64,000 bases of DNA from Octopus sinensis (taxonomy: Eukaryota): positions 96,224,001 to 96,288,000 of the forward strand of contig NC_043005.1 of NCBI RefSeq assembly GCF_006345805.1. The letters are read 5' to 3'. The notes beneath the pieces were generated by a model that was not told the origin of the DNA, searched no databases, and saw only the letters and a list, made by a program, of their open reading frames with translations. This document shows, in pieces, positions 22,734 through 35,204 of the stretch (the first letter of the stretch is position 1; every line of letters begins with the position of its first letter). The translations under genes were made by a program, and so were the position numbers.

Positions 22734-23174
22734 CTGAAAAAGAAATAAAATTAATGCAATTTGTCAACATCATCATCATCTCCTCTTTCTATGCTAGCAT
22801 GGGTTAGATGGCTGGACAAGATCTGATGTGCTGTAGGGCTGCATTGAGCTCCATTGTCAGCTTTGGCATGGCTTCTAAGGCTGGATGCTCTTCTTAATGC
22901 CAGCCACTTTACAGGGTGTGCTGGATGCTGCTTTCGTATTGCTGGCACCAGTGAGGTTGTCAAGTAAGTTGCAAGGCAAGAAAAAAAAGGACGGGAAGGA
23001 AAACAGAAGGGGAGGAAAAGAAAAAGCTGTAGAAACAATGCCAAAGCAAACCCTGGAGGACAATGCAGCTCACTCTATCCTATCAAACCATGCAACCTAT
23101 GCCAGATAGATATGAGAGAAAGAGAAACAAAGTCTTACATACAGGTAATTTATAAATAACACACACTCACACAC

Positions 23175-23500
23175 ACATAAAGACTCCCTTCCGCCATGAA
23201 TGACCATGGAATGCACCTAGAGAGTTGCCCTCTGGCGCGCAAGTCTGGGCAAGGTTGTTTATGGAAGACCAGCAGTCGCCCGTGCATACCAGCCGCCTCT
23301 CTCTATGCCATCAATATTATCCAAAGGAAAGGCAAAGGCTGACACAGCTTGGCACCAGTGACATTGCAACTCATTTTTATGGCTGAGTGAACTGGAGCAA
23401 TGCGAAATAAAGTGTCTTACTCAAGAACACAACACAGAGCTCAGTTTGGAAATCAAACTTACTACCTCATGATTGTGAGCCATGTGCCTTCACACACACA
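23175..23500 (-). mobile_element. tRNA-derived SINE family C
   Basis: Head with ttgtgttcttgagtaagacactttatttc core and a GC-rich body (ggaaaggcaaaggctgacacagcttggcaccagtgac). Head relatives lie at about 2860-3000, 10480-10600, 25240-25440, 31040-31230, 55800-55950 and 61060-61270. Confidence 0.75.
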
Positions 23501-24249
23501 CATACATATATATATAATACAAAGTAAGATAGGGGTTATGGGTGTAACCTACTATGGGATAACTGTTGGTAAAGTACCCAGATTCCTAATACATAAATGT
23601 TTTTAATTGCAATGCAATTAACTCATTTATTGTATTAAACGGGTGAAGGTAAAGAAATATTTTTACCGTAAATTTATAATACAAATAAGAAAATGGAGAA
23701 ACAAATTTAGTTTGTTCATCAACTTTCGGATATTAGAATGTTGCATTATTTATGTTGGATTCTAATATCCAAAAGTTGATGAACAAACTAAATTTGTTTT
23801 TCCATTTTCTTATTTGTATTATATATATATATATATATAATATATATATATATATATTATATATATATATATGTGATGTGTGTATATATATATCATCATT
23901 TAATGTCCACTTTTCTATGCTTGCATGGATTGGAGAGAGTTTATTGAGGAAGTAGCTTTATGACCAAATACCCTTCCTGTCTACCCAATCTACTCATAAG
24001 GCTTTTGTCAGCCCAGGGCCTTAGTATAAGAGGCTAGCCCAAAGTGCATGGTCCAGAAGCCAACTTCTTAACCATACAGCCCCGTTCATACCTATAGTGG
24101 CCATGTTTGCACCTATAGCCATGCCTACATCTATACAATAAAATAAGAAAAGCATCTCAATATATTTGACACAAGACAAACATGGTAGGCATTTAACAAG
24201 AATGGAAACTACTTCAAATGAGAACAATACATCGGAATTAAATACTTAC

Positions 24250-24393
24250 TTCAGGGTTTTTCAACAATGTACTTAAAATATCCAAAACTATATCCCATCC
24301 AGCATAGGTCAATATTTGACCATATCTCTTCACCAAATGACCAAGACTAAGAGTGACTTCAAATGCTACTAGCTGACTTCCACAATCTAGTAC
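24250..24393 (-). CDS. TSC2: TSC2 exon (human exon 11 equivalent): VLDCGSQLVAFEVTLSLGHLVKRYGQILTYAGWDIVLDILSTLLKNPE
   Basis: ttgtag/gtaagt borders, 144 nt. Matches [33 protein letters not shown]. Confidence 0.96.
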
Positions 24394-24809
24394 CTACAAG
24401 AAAACAAGACAAAACAATAGGAATAGTAATTATATAGGCTAAGTTAGCTAAACTTGGAATTTATTCCACACACACACACAAGAGGTATGTAGTCACTGCC
24501 TGATATTAATATATATAAATTCCATGTAAAATGCAGCAGGATTTGTAAAAATAGTGGCAATGTTTGAATGTTTACACTACAGGTTTACCCTATGTATTAC
24601 ATCAAATTGTATGCTGGAAAATACAGTATTCCAACAATTAAAGCGTACCATTAAGCAACACATATATACACTTTCATGCTTACAAACATACAAATACACA
24701 TGAACGTACAAGTGCACATTGATGAGCTTGTATGCACATATGCATGCACAAATGAGCATATCTATGTACATATACACATCTTTGTGCAAGCATATATATA
24801 TATGTGCAT

Positions 24810-24842
<33 letters not shown>

Positions 24843-24891
24843 ATTAAGGAACATAGGAAAAAGAAATTACTGAAAACAGTAATAGCAGTAC

Positions 24892-25018
24892 CTGTCTAAA
24901 AGAAGGTAACACAGATGATGGTGGCTGACTGAGACTTGTCACTTTCTTTGACCCCCAGAGAGCCATACCCAAATAATAGACAGCTGCTCGAAGCACTTGC
25001 TCATCAATGGGGTGGTTT
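24892..25018 (-). CDS. TSC2: TSC2 exon (human exon 10 equivalent): NHPIDEQVLRAAVYYLGMALWGSKKVTSLSQPPSSVLPSFRQ
   Basis: caacag/gtactg borders, 127 nt. Matches [22 protein letters not shown]...SVLPSFYQ. Confidence 0.97.
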
Positions 25019-25439
25019 CTGTTGAGAGGAAAACAAAAATAGATGGATTTTAGATTTCATTTATTTAAATATTAATTTTTGCTTTTAAAAACTTTTTTTG
25101 ACTGGTCTTCACTTATTGGACCATGACCAAGCTATGCTAGTGTCCCCTTAAAGGATATTAGTCAATAACATTACATCCTCGCCACCACTAGTACTAATCT
25201 GGGTACTTATTTCATTGGTCTCTACATAGTAATGGCACATGGCATAGCGGTTAGTGTGTTGCACTAATGATTACAAGATCATGGTTTCAATTCTAAGACT
25301 AGGTGATGCATTGTGTTCTTGAGCAAAACACTGCATTTTACTTTGCTCTGTGATCACTTTAACACCTGAAATGTGGCACACCATGCACCTGTTCAGGTAA
25401 TGTCAGTTTGATGGCAGGAGTGAGATTATGTGCGGCATA

Positions 25440-25800
25440 AACATTTATTCTTTTATTTGTTTCAGTCATCTGACTGCAGCCATGCTGGAGCACCGCCTTT
25501 AGTTAAACAAATTGACCCCAAGACTTATTCTTTGTAAGCCTAGTACTTATTCTATCGATCTCTTTTGCCGATGGGGATGTAAACACACCAATTTCAGTTG
25601 TCAAGCAATGGTGGGGGCATAGACACAGAAACACACAACGAGCTTTTTTCAGTTTCCATCTACCAAATCCACTCACAAAGCTCTGGTCGGCCCGAGGCTA
25701 CAGTAGAAGACACTTGCCCAAGGTGCCATGCAGTGGGAGTGAACCTGGAACCATGTGGTTGGTGAGCAAGCTACTTACCACACAGCCAGTCCTGCACCTA
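25440..25800 (-). mobile_element. tRNA-derived SINE family A (head ggtgcaggactggctgtgtggtaagtagcttg..., internal microsatellite, tail ...gactgaaacaa(g/a)taaaagaat)
   Basis: tRNA-like A/B boxes (ggttccaggttcactcccactg) and a conserved cttgggcaagtgtcttctact core. Other copies lie at about 1185-1535, 8750-9040, 27130-27610, 45185-45712 and 48180-48520. Confidence 0.85.
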
Positions 25801-26315
25801 TTTGATCACAATAAACAGATCATCAGTGCAAGCTGCTCCGCAAGAAATTGTTGAACCCTCATCTGTCATCAACAGGAATGTCCACAACTGATCAAACATC
25901 TACATATTGGATTACTTTCTTTTAGGGACATAATCACCACCAGGCATCTCAGCTCAATGTACTGACTATGTTTAGTCCGAGATCAGATTTGATCAAGCAG
26001 ACCTATGATCCTAGACAGTCCAACCATGACCACACTGACTTTTCTATATGTATAACTCAGGGCCATATTATCCTATGTGTCCCTTTTTTTAAAAAAAGAT
26101 GTTGGGGTGCTATTTGAAGGATATTATGTGGTTATTATTACTAGCAGATTGACTGACTACCTACAGAGTCTCCTGTTAGCTTTGTGATCTGCAGTTATCC
26201 AGGAAGGGCATAGGCAGCTTCAGTTTTATCAGTTTGAAAAGGAAAGCAAAAGTCCGGGGACACTACCTATTCCTCACCCGATTAAAATATTTCAAAAAAG
26301 GTATAGATAGATAGG

Positions 26316-26327
26316 GAGAGAGAGGGG

Positions 26328-26386
<59 letters not shown>
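26316..26386. repeat. (GA)n microsatellite
   Basis: Seen directly. Confidence 0.97.
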
Positions 26387-26390
<4 letters not shown>

Positions 26391-26801
26391 AAACTATACA
26401 TATGCAGTTGAACTCATCACTATAATCGAACAGAACACTTCTACCTTAACAGTACCCTCACCACCCATACCATTTCTAGCAGTTGTAAACAATACCTTAT
26501 TAGGGCATATCTTTTTACACACTTATTGACCCATTTCAGTATCAAATGTATTGGCCATGGACACAGTAAAGTGACAGGATACAAAAAAATTCTTTCATCA
26601 ATGGCCAAACATTCCAACAACCCACTCACTGTGACTGCAGCTGTCAAATAATTTAATTTAATTAATTAATCAATTAATGAGGAAAAGAAGAAAGAAAACA
26701 AGGAAATAAAGAAAAAAGGTAGGAGAAAAGAAAGAAAGAAGGAAAAAAGTAAAAGAGAAACGATGGGATAAAGGAAACAGAACAACAGAGTAGCTACTCA
26801 C

Positions 26802-26875
26802 TTTTCTTCCAGCAGACAACACATAATGTGAATTACATGATGGCCAAGATGTGTACTTAGCAACTTCCTCATCAC
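26802..26875 (-). CDS. TSC2: TSC2 exon (human exon 9 equivalent): VMRKLLSTHLGHHVIHIMCCLLEE(K)
   Basis: ttctgcag/gtgagt borders, 74 nt. Matches [24 protein letters not shown]. Confidence 0.96.
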
Positions 26876-27339
26876 CTGCAGAAAAGAAAGAACATTCATC
26901 AAGTCATTTTACATCCATCAGAGATAATGATGGTTTCAAATTTTGGCACAAAGCCAGCAAGTCCAGGGAGCGGGTAAGTCAGTTACATCAAGCCCAGTTT
27001 TCAACTCGGACTTATTTTATCGACGTCAAAGGGTGAAAGGTAAAGTTGATTGTGGTGGAATTTGAACTCAGAATGTAAAGGACAAAATTTGAGAGAATAA
27101 TGAAGAAGAGTAATAAGTAAGATCTCAGTCAGTGAATATCTTTATTCTTTTGTTTGTTTCAGTCATTTTGACTGCAACCATGCTGGAGCACCACCTTAAA
27201 GGGTTTTCAGTAGCAGAAATCAATCCCAGGATTTATTCTTCGTAGGCTTAGTACTTATTCTATAAGTCTCTTTGCCAAACTGCTAAGTTACAGGGACGAC
27301 AAACATACCAGCATCAGATTTTCAAGCGATGGTGGGAAT

Positions 27340-27371
27340 GGTGGTGGTGGTGGTGGTGGTGGTGGGGGGGG
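27340..27371. repeat. (GGT)n-G run inside a SINE
   Basis: Seen directly. Confidence 0.9.
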
Positions 27372-27723
27372 CAACGACAAACACACACACACACACATCA
27401 TCATCATTTAACATCTGCTTTCCATGCTAGCATGGGTTGGATGATTTGATTGAGGACTGGCGAACCAGATGGCTGCACCAAATCCACTCATAAGGCTTTG
27501 GTTGGCCTGAGGCTATAGCAGAAGACACTTGCTCAATGTGCCATGCAGTGGGACTGAACATGGAACCATGTAGTTGGGAAGCAAGGTTCTTACCACACAG
27601 CCACGCCTGTGAGCTACATGTTCCATTTACAAATGTCGACATGCTATATTTACTGATATATAAATGAACACATTAAGTTGAAAATAAAAAGTAAACAAAG
27701 CGAAAACAAAAAAACATATTTAC

Positions 27724-27849
27724 CTCCCAACTTGTGGTTGCATTATTGCGGATATTAAGTGTGCGACATAATACTGTGACAATATAGGTTAAACAATTTG
27801 CTGGAACACATTGAAGATCGATAACCAAACCCAAAAGTTCTACACATTG
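27724..27849 (-). CDS. TSC2: TSC2 exon (human exon 8 equivalent): QCVELLGLVIDLQCVPANCLTYIVTVLCRTLNIRNNATTSWE
   Basis: ttgcag/gtaaat borders, 126 nt, phase 0-0. Matches [23 protein letters not shown]. Confidence 0.95.
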
Positions 27850-28214
27850 CTGCAAAACAAAATATCAAGTATCAATCATTAGATTAAAAAAAAGTTAATC
27901 CTGAGAATTTTCTGAATCATGGATTAAAGTTACATTGATAATTTCAAGAGCAAAACTCATTGATGGAGAGGAGTAATATTTTATATTTAGAATATAAGAT
28001 CAGGTTTCTCTCATATTATTTTAACCATGTTATCTTTCTTTTTTCTGTCATTTAGTAGTATGCTTTTATAATACATCACATAGCTTCCGTATAAGAGAAA
28101 TTAGTACGTGGATGGTACTTTATTTTATCAAACCACAGGAGAATGAGTGTTGACTTCAATGGGATTATAACTCAGAATATAAAGGGTTTAGCTAACTTCT
28201 ACAGAGCATTTAGT

Positions 28215-28970
28215 CCAATATTCTAATTATGTCAATAATAATAATCCTTTCTACTACAGGCACAAGGCCTGAAATTCTAGGGAAGGAGCTAAATCAATTA
28301 CATCAACCCCAATACTCAACTGGTACTTCATTTATCGACCCTGAAAGGATGAAAGGCAAAGTCAACCTCGGTGGAATTTGAACTCAGAATGTAAGTACGG
28401 ACAAAATGTCAGCAAGCATTTTGCCCAGCGTGCTAATGATTCTGTCAACTCACCATCTCAAATAATAATAAAAATAATAATCCTTTCTACTATAGACACA
28501 AGGCCTGAAATTTGGGGGGAGGGGAGGCAAAGTGAAATAATAGTAACAATGGTTTCAGATTTTGGCTCAAGTCCAGCAATTTTAAGGGAGGAATAATTCA
28601 ATTGCATCGACCCCAGTGTTGAACTGGTACTTATTTTATTGACCTTGAAAGGATAAAAGGCAAAGTTGACCTCAGCTGCATTTGAACACAGAATGTAAAG
28701 AGTAATCAAATGCTACTATGTATTTTGTCTGACATGCTAACGATTCGGCCAGTTCACTGCTTTTAATAATAATAATTATAGGGGGAGGGACTAGTCAATC
28801 ACCTCGACTCCAGTGTTTCACTCATACTTAATTTATCAACTCCGAAAGGATGAAAGGCAAAGTTGACCTCGATGGAATTTCAACTCAAAATGTAAAGACA
28901 GACGAAATGCCACTAAGCATTTTGCCCAGTATGCTAACAATTCTGCCAGCTTGCCCACCTTAATAATAAT
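28215..28970 (-). repeat. Head-to-tail array of 3-4 family B SINE copies separated by (AAT)n
   Basis: tttatcgacc..gaaaggatgaaaggcaaagt.gacctc..tggaattt.aactc recurs at about 28330, 28635 and 28830. aataataat spacers lie at about 28215-28240, 28460, 28765 and 28960. Confidence 0.85.
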
Positions 28971-29014
28971 AATAGTTTTGGGAAGAATTAAATAGAAAAA
29001 CAATTTTTTCTTAC

Positions 29015-29063
29015 CTTAATATCATTTAAATTTTTGACTTTGGTAATCAACATACATGTTGAC
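29015..29063 (-). CDS. TSC2: TSC2 exon (human exon 7 equivalent): STCMLITKVKNLNDIK
   Basis: ttgttcaaag/gtaaga borders, 49 nt, phase 2-0, identical length to human exon 7 (MICLLCVRTASSVDIE). Needed to restore the frame. Confidence 0.9.
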
Positions 29064-29905
29064 CTTTGAACAAAATATGCAAAAACATGATTAGAATAAT
29101 ATCAAAACTTTCATGAAGTTACTCAACATTTTCAAACAAACAAAAAATGCATGGATTTTAAGATATCCATTTAAGCAAGTAGCAACGAAAGAGCTTTGAC
29201 AAAAAAAAACAGCAAAACAAATGACTTACTATTTAACCAATTTAAACAAGCAATCAATTAGTTAGTTGGATATTTAACCGATTGATTAATAATTAAGGAG
29301 TGGAATTGAACTAGTGCATGTGTCAATATTGGCATAATGACTTTCCCATGATAGCAATTAAAAAAAAAAAAACAAGCTAAAATGCTGATAAGGACTTTTA
29401 TAGAAGTTTATGACAAAAAATAAATTTCCAAGTTGGAACCTCTAGACAGTCTCTTGACCTAATAGAAATAGCAACAAATTCCCTTACATCTCACTCTATG
29501 AGTGATATATTGAACAAAAGATGGAATGGTCATGGCTAGAATGCCTGTCATCATAGCTTTGATGAATGAGACCTGAGGCTAAACAACAGCAATATAAATG
29601 TTTATATCAATACAGTCAGTTCTTCTGCATCTGCTAATCAAATACTTTTGATTTACAGTTACTTCCGCTACTCACACTTTTTCAACATGCCTTATGCCAG
29701 TTAGCAAGGCCCCTCCCAATGAGCAGCAACTTCAATTAACAGATGTAATACCCAGGAATCACTGAAAGTTAGCATAAGGCTTATTTAACATTTTTAGCTT
29801 GCCTTTTTTTGTCAATATTTGAAAGAGGCTAAATTACTCTGGGTCCCATTTCCAACAACAGACATTACAATAACAGTTGGACATTGGACAAGGTACCAGA
29901 ATCCA

Positions 29906-29945
<40 letters not shown>

Positions 29946-31616
29946 ATGATGATCTTATCTATTATTTCATGTTGCGAAAGCACAGATAGAAACTCATGCC
30001 TTCAACAACCCATGAAGATCTTGTAGAAATACTCATATTTTTACAGGTGTAACATAATCCATAAACTTTGTTTATACTAATTTAATCTGAAGAGAAGCAA
30101 CAGTGTCCATAATTTCTAGGCACTTTTAGATTGAGTTGAAGGGTTAGGAACAGATGGGCAAGGTTAATGTTCAGTTTGATCTTTCAAAGATAAGAATTTG
30201 TAGGGAGAATTATTCATGAAGAGTCCTTTTATGGTTTTTATTAGTTTACCTCTAATATTTTTTCATACATTCATGAGAGAAATAGTAGATTTGTTAGAAC
30301 AATAAGTTTAATACATTGTCACTCTGACCCTACCTCCAATCACTCAACTATGAAAAAAAGGAATGACACTTGTTAGTTTCATCTCTATTTTTGTGTTACT
30401 TGCTACATATAACCTGTAACCAACAACACGATGTCAGTAATAAGATTTGAACACATGGCTGGTTGGTCAGTGGTAGCCTGAGCTAATAATTAGAGAAAAG
30501 TAAGTTTCAGATAGTTTTACTAAATTCTTTGAATATCTTAAAAAATTTTGAAAATAATCTGAAGACTTAAATTTATTTCATAAGATGTCCAACCTTTCCA
30601 TTGGACAACTGCAACCTGATCACTGCAGTAGAACAGAGCCAGTGACCAGGTGGCACTTATGCAAAAACAATTTTGACAACACACAAAATAAATTAAAAAT
30701 TTGAATGACTTTTCTACAAATGTACTTGTGTTGGATTAGTTTACTTACTAGACATGTACAGCTTCAAAATTTGAAGTCTTTTAGCCTGAAATATGTTCAC
30801 TAAAAGATTAAACCAGTAGAATAAATCTAAAAGATTAAATCATTTATTTCTAACCATCATCAAATCCTGAAACCTAAAAAGGTTCTTTCTCTCTCCTCAA
30901 ACTAACAAATTAAAAGTACAAGCATCTCCAGCATTACAAAGAATTGCAATCCTGAAAATGTAGCCATAACATAGAATTCCACAACACAAAAAGCTTTTTC
31001 CCTTTGACTATCATTGACTTCCATGAAACATGAGACTTGGTGATGAGGATGTAGTACTCAAGATCACGAGACCATGATTTTGATTCTCAGAATGGGTGAT
31101 GCATTGTGTTCTTGAGCAAAACACTTCATTTCGCATTGCTCTGCAATCACTTTAATACCTGACATGTGGTGCACCATGCACCTGTACAGGCAACATTGAT
31201 TTGATGGAGAGAGTGAGCTAATAATGTGCAGGATGAACATTTGTGCAGGTTGTTAAACAAGAAATTGTGGAAGAGGGACTGAGAAACTACCAAGAATGGC
31301 ACATGGGAACCAATGGAAAATACTCTTCCCATTACAGGATGCCATGTTACAGCAAGAAGGTCAGAAATGCAACATTTTCATAATGGGGGAGATGATTGTT
31401 AACTAAAAAGGAAACATATAAAACATTTCCTGATAGGGAAAATATAAAACCAATTCCAATCCAATTAAAAAGAAATAAAAGACAGAGAAGAAGAATTCTT
31501 AGGAAGAATTAATATTACTAAAAACAACAAAACAAAATAATGATAAAATAGCAATGCCAGTTATAATGAAACAATCAATTCAGTGAGTAGGAGTGAAGAA
31601 TGTGTAGAATACATAC

Positions 31617-31749
31617 TGGATGATAGTTGATAAAGACTGTTCATCAAAATAGCCGACATTATTTAAGATTGCATTTACGACTAAAGTGAGAAAATTTGAG
31701 ATGTAAGTCAATTTGGTAATTTCCTGAATCAATATTGCCAGCAAATGAG
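31617..31749 (-). CDS. TSC2: TSC2 exon (human exon 6 equivalent): HLLAILIQEITKLTYISNFLTLVVNAILNNVGYFDEQSLSTII(Q)
   Basis: ttgcag/gtatgt borders, 133 nt, phase 1-2. Matches [20 protein letters not shown]. Confidence 0.92.
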
Positions 31750-32049
31750 CTGCAATAAAAAGAAATTAGATTTTTTTAAAAATATTAAATATTAAATTCA
31801 TAAAATTATTAAGTCAAAGCACCAAAAAAAAAAAAAAAAAAAAAAAAAGACTCATTAAATCTATTAAACCTACTAATGATTACTAACAGTAATCAATTTA
31901 CATTGTTAATTTATTTGGAAATCACAGGGATATGGGCCTCGAAGATTGTGATGATGAGAGACAAATGTTGCCCTGGATAGGACCTTAGTCTCCCAAAATA
32001 TAGCAAATTGAAGTACTGTACAATTACATTATTCAGCCCACAGAAACTC

Positions 32050-32740
32050 CTCCTCATCATTATTTTTTAACATCCATTTTCCATGCTGGCATGGGCGGTT
32101 CGACTGGGGTCTGGGAAGCCAGGAGGCCGCACCAGGCTCCAGTCTGATATGGCAGTGTTTCTGCAGCTGGATGCCCTTCCTAACGCCAACCACTCCGAGA
32201 GTGTAGTGGGTGCTTTTTATGTGCCACCGGCACAGGGGCCAGAGTGGGCTGGCATTGACCACGATCAGACGGTCCTTTTTATGTGCCACTGGCACAGAAG
32301 CCAGTCAAGGTTGGGGTGGCATCAGCCACATTTGTATGGTGCTTTTTACATGCCACCGGCACAGAGACCACAACTACAATTGTCATTTGATTGTGGTTTG
32401 ATTTGATTTTGATTTGATATACTTGACTCAATAGGTCTCCTCAAGTACAGCAGGTCGCCCTACAATGCAAAGGTACTTTTTGAGTGGGCTGGTTATGCGA
32501 CACTGGTGTAGGTTACAGCTGTGAACTCACTTTATTTGCCAGGTCTTGTCAGTCACAGCATATCTCCAGAGGTCTTGATCTTTTGTCATTGCCTCTGTGA
32601 GGCCCAACGTTAGAAGGTCATGCTTCCCCACCTCATCCCATGTCTTTATGAGTCTCCCTCTACCCCAGATTCCTTCCACTGTTTGGGAATGGCACTTCTT
32701 CACACAGCTCTCCTCATCCATCCGTAGTACATAACCATAC
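32050..32740 (-). mobile_element. 5'-truncated RTE LINE: ORF2 C-terminus + 3' UTR VNTR + (GAT)n tail
   Basis: ORF 32527-32721 (MDEESCVKKC..GRGRLIKTWDEVGKHDL..TEAMTKDQDLWRYAV) is continuous with GTGCCGGTGGCAC modules and the common tail. Confidence 0.9.
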
Positions 32741-33427
32741 CATATTTAGCTATTTCAATCATATTTAGCTATTTCAATGTGATCAGTGTAATTGAAGTTC
32801 TTACTCTTTGTCAGTCTGTCAAAGAATCTACTACACTTTGCATGCAACTCTTGTATTAATCATACATTCTATACCAACTGCTTCTATCCTTTCTACATTC
32901 AAAGTAGAGCCATTTTTCTGATGCACATTGCCATGCGTGGCTTCTGCTGTCTGTTACCTCCATCTTTGCCCTGTTTAACTTCTGGGTTTTTGACTCAAAA
33001 CATATTCTTTTAAGCTTCAAACTTCTTTAATGGGTCTTTTGTAAATTTTGCAACAAAAACTAGATTCCTGTCATACAGAAATTCTCATGAGTATCCAAGT
33101 TCATAACTCTTTTATTATGGTCACAAAGAATATAAGGAAAACCATTAAGAAGTGCTTTCATGTAAATTTAATTCTTTACTATGGCTACTGTCAATTCTCA
33201 TTCAACTTTCTGACCTCTCATCCAAAACTTGAAGTATTTCTATTTCCATAAGCCAGTCATTCATTCATAGTTAGCTTTCCCATTGTCCTGCATACTACAA
33301 CAAACAACATCAAACTATGAAAAAAGTATTTTTCTAATTCAACAAATGCTACATCCATACTGTTTGATTGTTTTACAAAGTACGTTTAGATAAATAAATG
33401 AAATAACAAGTTAGCTTTTTATCTTAC

Positions 33428-33492
33428 CAGTTTCTGCTTCAAAATAGGTCAAATTCTTGCCATTTGATGTAAGCGTAGAAAATAATTCTAAT
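33428..33492 (-). CDS. TSC2: TSC2 exon (3' part of human exon 5): LELFSTLTSNGKNLTYFEAET(A)
   Basis: attcag/gtaaga borders, 65 nt, phase 2-1. 80+65=145 nt equals human exon 5. Matches [21 protein letters not shown]. Confidence 0.94.
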
Positions 33493-33827
33493 CTGAATGA
33501 TTTAATAAATAAATAAATAAACATTAAACTTTGATAAGACTAAACAAAAACAAAATTTTAATTATGAATGTATAATTATGTATGCCTATGTGAACTCATT
33601 AAGTCAAGGTATTTTAGCAATAGCATCATTTAAATTAGCAGATAACAGGCATCATTTCTGAAGGATATCTTTATCTAATTCCTTTAACTATTGATCTAAC
33701 AAATTGACAGATGGACAGACACACTAATATAAATAACAAATCTTGTGAAAAAGAAACTATAATGAAAAACATTTTTTTTGCTCAAAAAGTAGTGTAAAAC
33801 TAAAAGAAAGAACAAAAACCAACTCAC

Positions 33828-33907
33828 CGATAACCGAAATCTTCAGGATTTGTTAAATGTTTTATGATATTAAAAAAATGACTTCGCAACAGACCCAAAT
33901 GTTCTTT
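33828..33907 (-). CDS. TSC2: TSC2 exon (5' part of human exon 5): KEHLGLLRSHFFNIIKHLTNPEDFGY(R)
   Basis: ttgcag/gtgagt borders, 80 nt, phase 0-2. Matches [27 protein letters not shown]. Confidence 0.94.
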
Positions 33908-34599
33908 CTGCAAAATAAAGATTTTGAATTACTTGTCATTTATCATATTATCAACAAAAAGGAACCTCTATGCAGATATTATATAACAAGCTAGAAATAG
34001 CAGCCAAATGTCTCTCAAATAACACAGGAGATAATGTGTACCTAGATATTCCTGAAAAGATGGGCTGACTACAGCTGGAACGAATATAGTCATATGTCAG
34101 CTAAGTCAAGGCTGACCTGGAATTAAACAATAACACTAACAATGGACATACATGTTAGTACAATTAAGCTTTGAGATTTTGATGATGCGATTGTTTATTG
34201 TTAGAATGACAGTGTAGGGTAGGTGTGAGAAGCCCTATCTGGCTGGTTTGAATATAAAATAGTTGGAATATTTGGGCTGGATAGGGTTGGTTTAAATGTT
34301 AAAGGGTTGACATCTTGCCATTCATCTGACATGAGTATAGAAAATAATTCAAATTGTCAAACTCTCAAGAAACATTTATCTCATTCTCAGGGAACATACC
34401 ACAGTGTGTTCTCTAAGAACAGGATAGGTTCTCTATGATTCTGAAACTACAGATCTATTGCTCTTACTCTCACTCTACTCTTTATTCATTTAAAACCTCT
34501 CTTTCTCACTAATATGACTTCCAAACAATCAGAGTTACCAGAGATTTCCATTCCTGTAAGCCAATGTGTGATAACCTTGCCCTTAAGAACTTAGGGAAA

Positions 34600-34850
34600 A
34601 TTTTGTTGTTGCCATTGGAAATCAGCAAATTTTTTTTACCATGTCTGGTATCCCACTAGATTATCCTGCCAGAGCTTTACTCTCATTCAATCCAGCAGCT
34701 ACGGGCTGGAAGAGGCCTTGTGCTCGGCCCTGCACCAGACATCTGGACATGATTGGAGAAGATTTCTTGAAGCTCTGCCAGCAATAGAGAGGACTGCCAG
34801 CAATAGAGAGCACTGGTAGACTTAGTTGGCCCTATACATGATGACATTTC
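34600..34850 (+). mobile_element. Decayed LINE ORF2 C-terminal fragment
   Basis: GWKRPCARPCTRHLDMIGEDF resembles GWKRPRGRPRxRWLD. Contains a 17-nt tandem duplication, ctgccagcaatagagag x2. Confidence 0.55.
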
Positions 34851-35204
34851 TGGGACAATTAACCCGGGATGACCCCAGCCCTATCAAGCAAAAGCAAGGA
34901 AGGATGTGTGGGATATAAATTTGTAACCTAAGCTACCTGCCTATAGTTTATATCTCTGTCTTCTCTCCCAGAAGCTTCGAGTCAAATTGTATTCACATGC
35001 AGTATAAAGCCACTGGGAGCCCATTCCACCCCATGATATCAATAAGGTCCAGCAATGTCCCCCATACTTTACCTAAGTGAAATATTTGCTGTGCCTTCTT
35101 GTAACTCACACACTCATACAGAGGACATCACATTTCACTCTTCCTTAACATCCTGTTAACAAGCATCATCCATATGCAACATCATCACACACACACACAT
35201 ATAT

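Noticed and set aside
30749-30785. 37-nt segment with TTTCAG/GTAAGT borders and the same phases as exon 7
   Set aside because: It contains an in-frame TGA and has no similarity to tuberin. Without RNA evidence it cannot be distinguished from a chance pseudo-exon.
30903-30951. Alternative 49-nt candidate for TSC2 exon 7 (IAILCNAGDACTFNLL)
   Set aside because: It has a weak GTTTGA donor and poor alignment. The exon at 29015-29063 matches human exon 7 much better.
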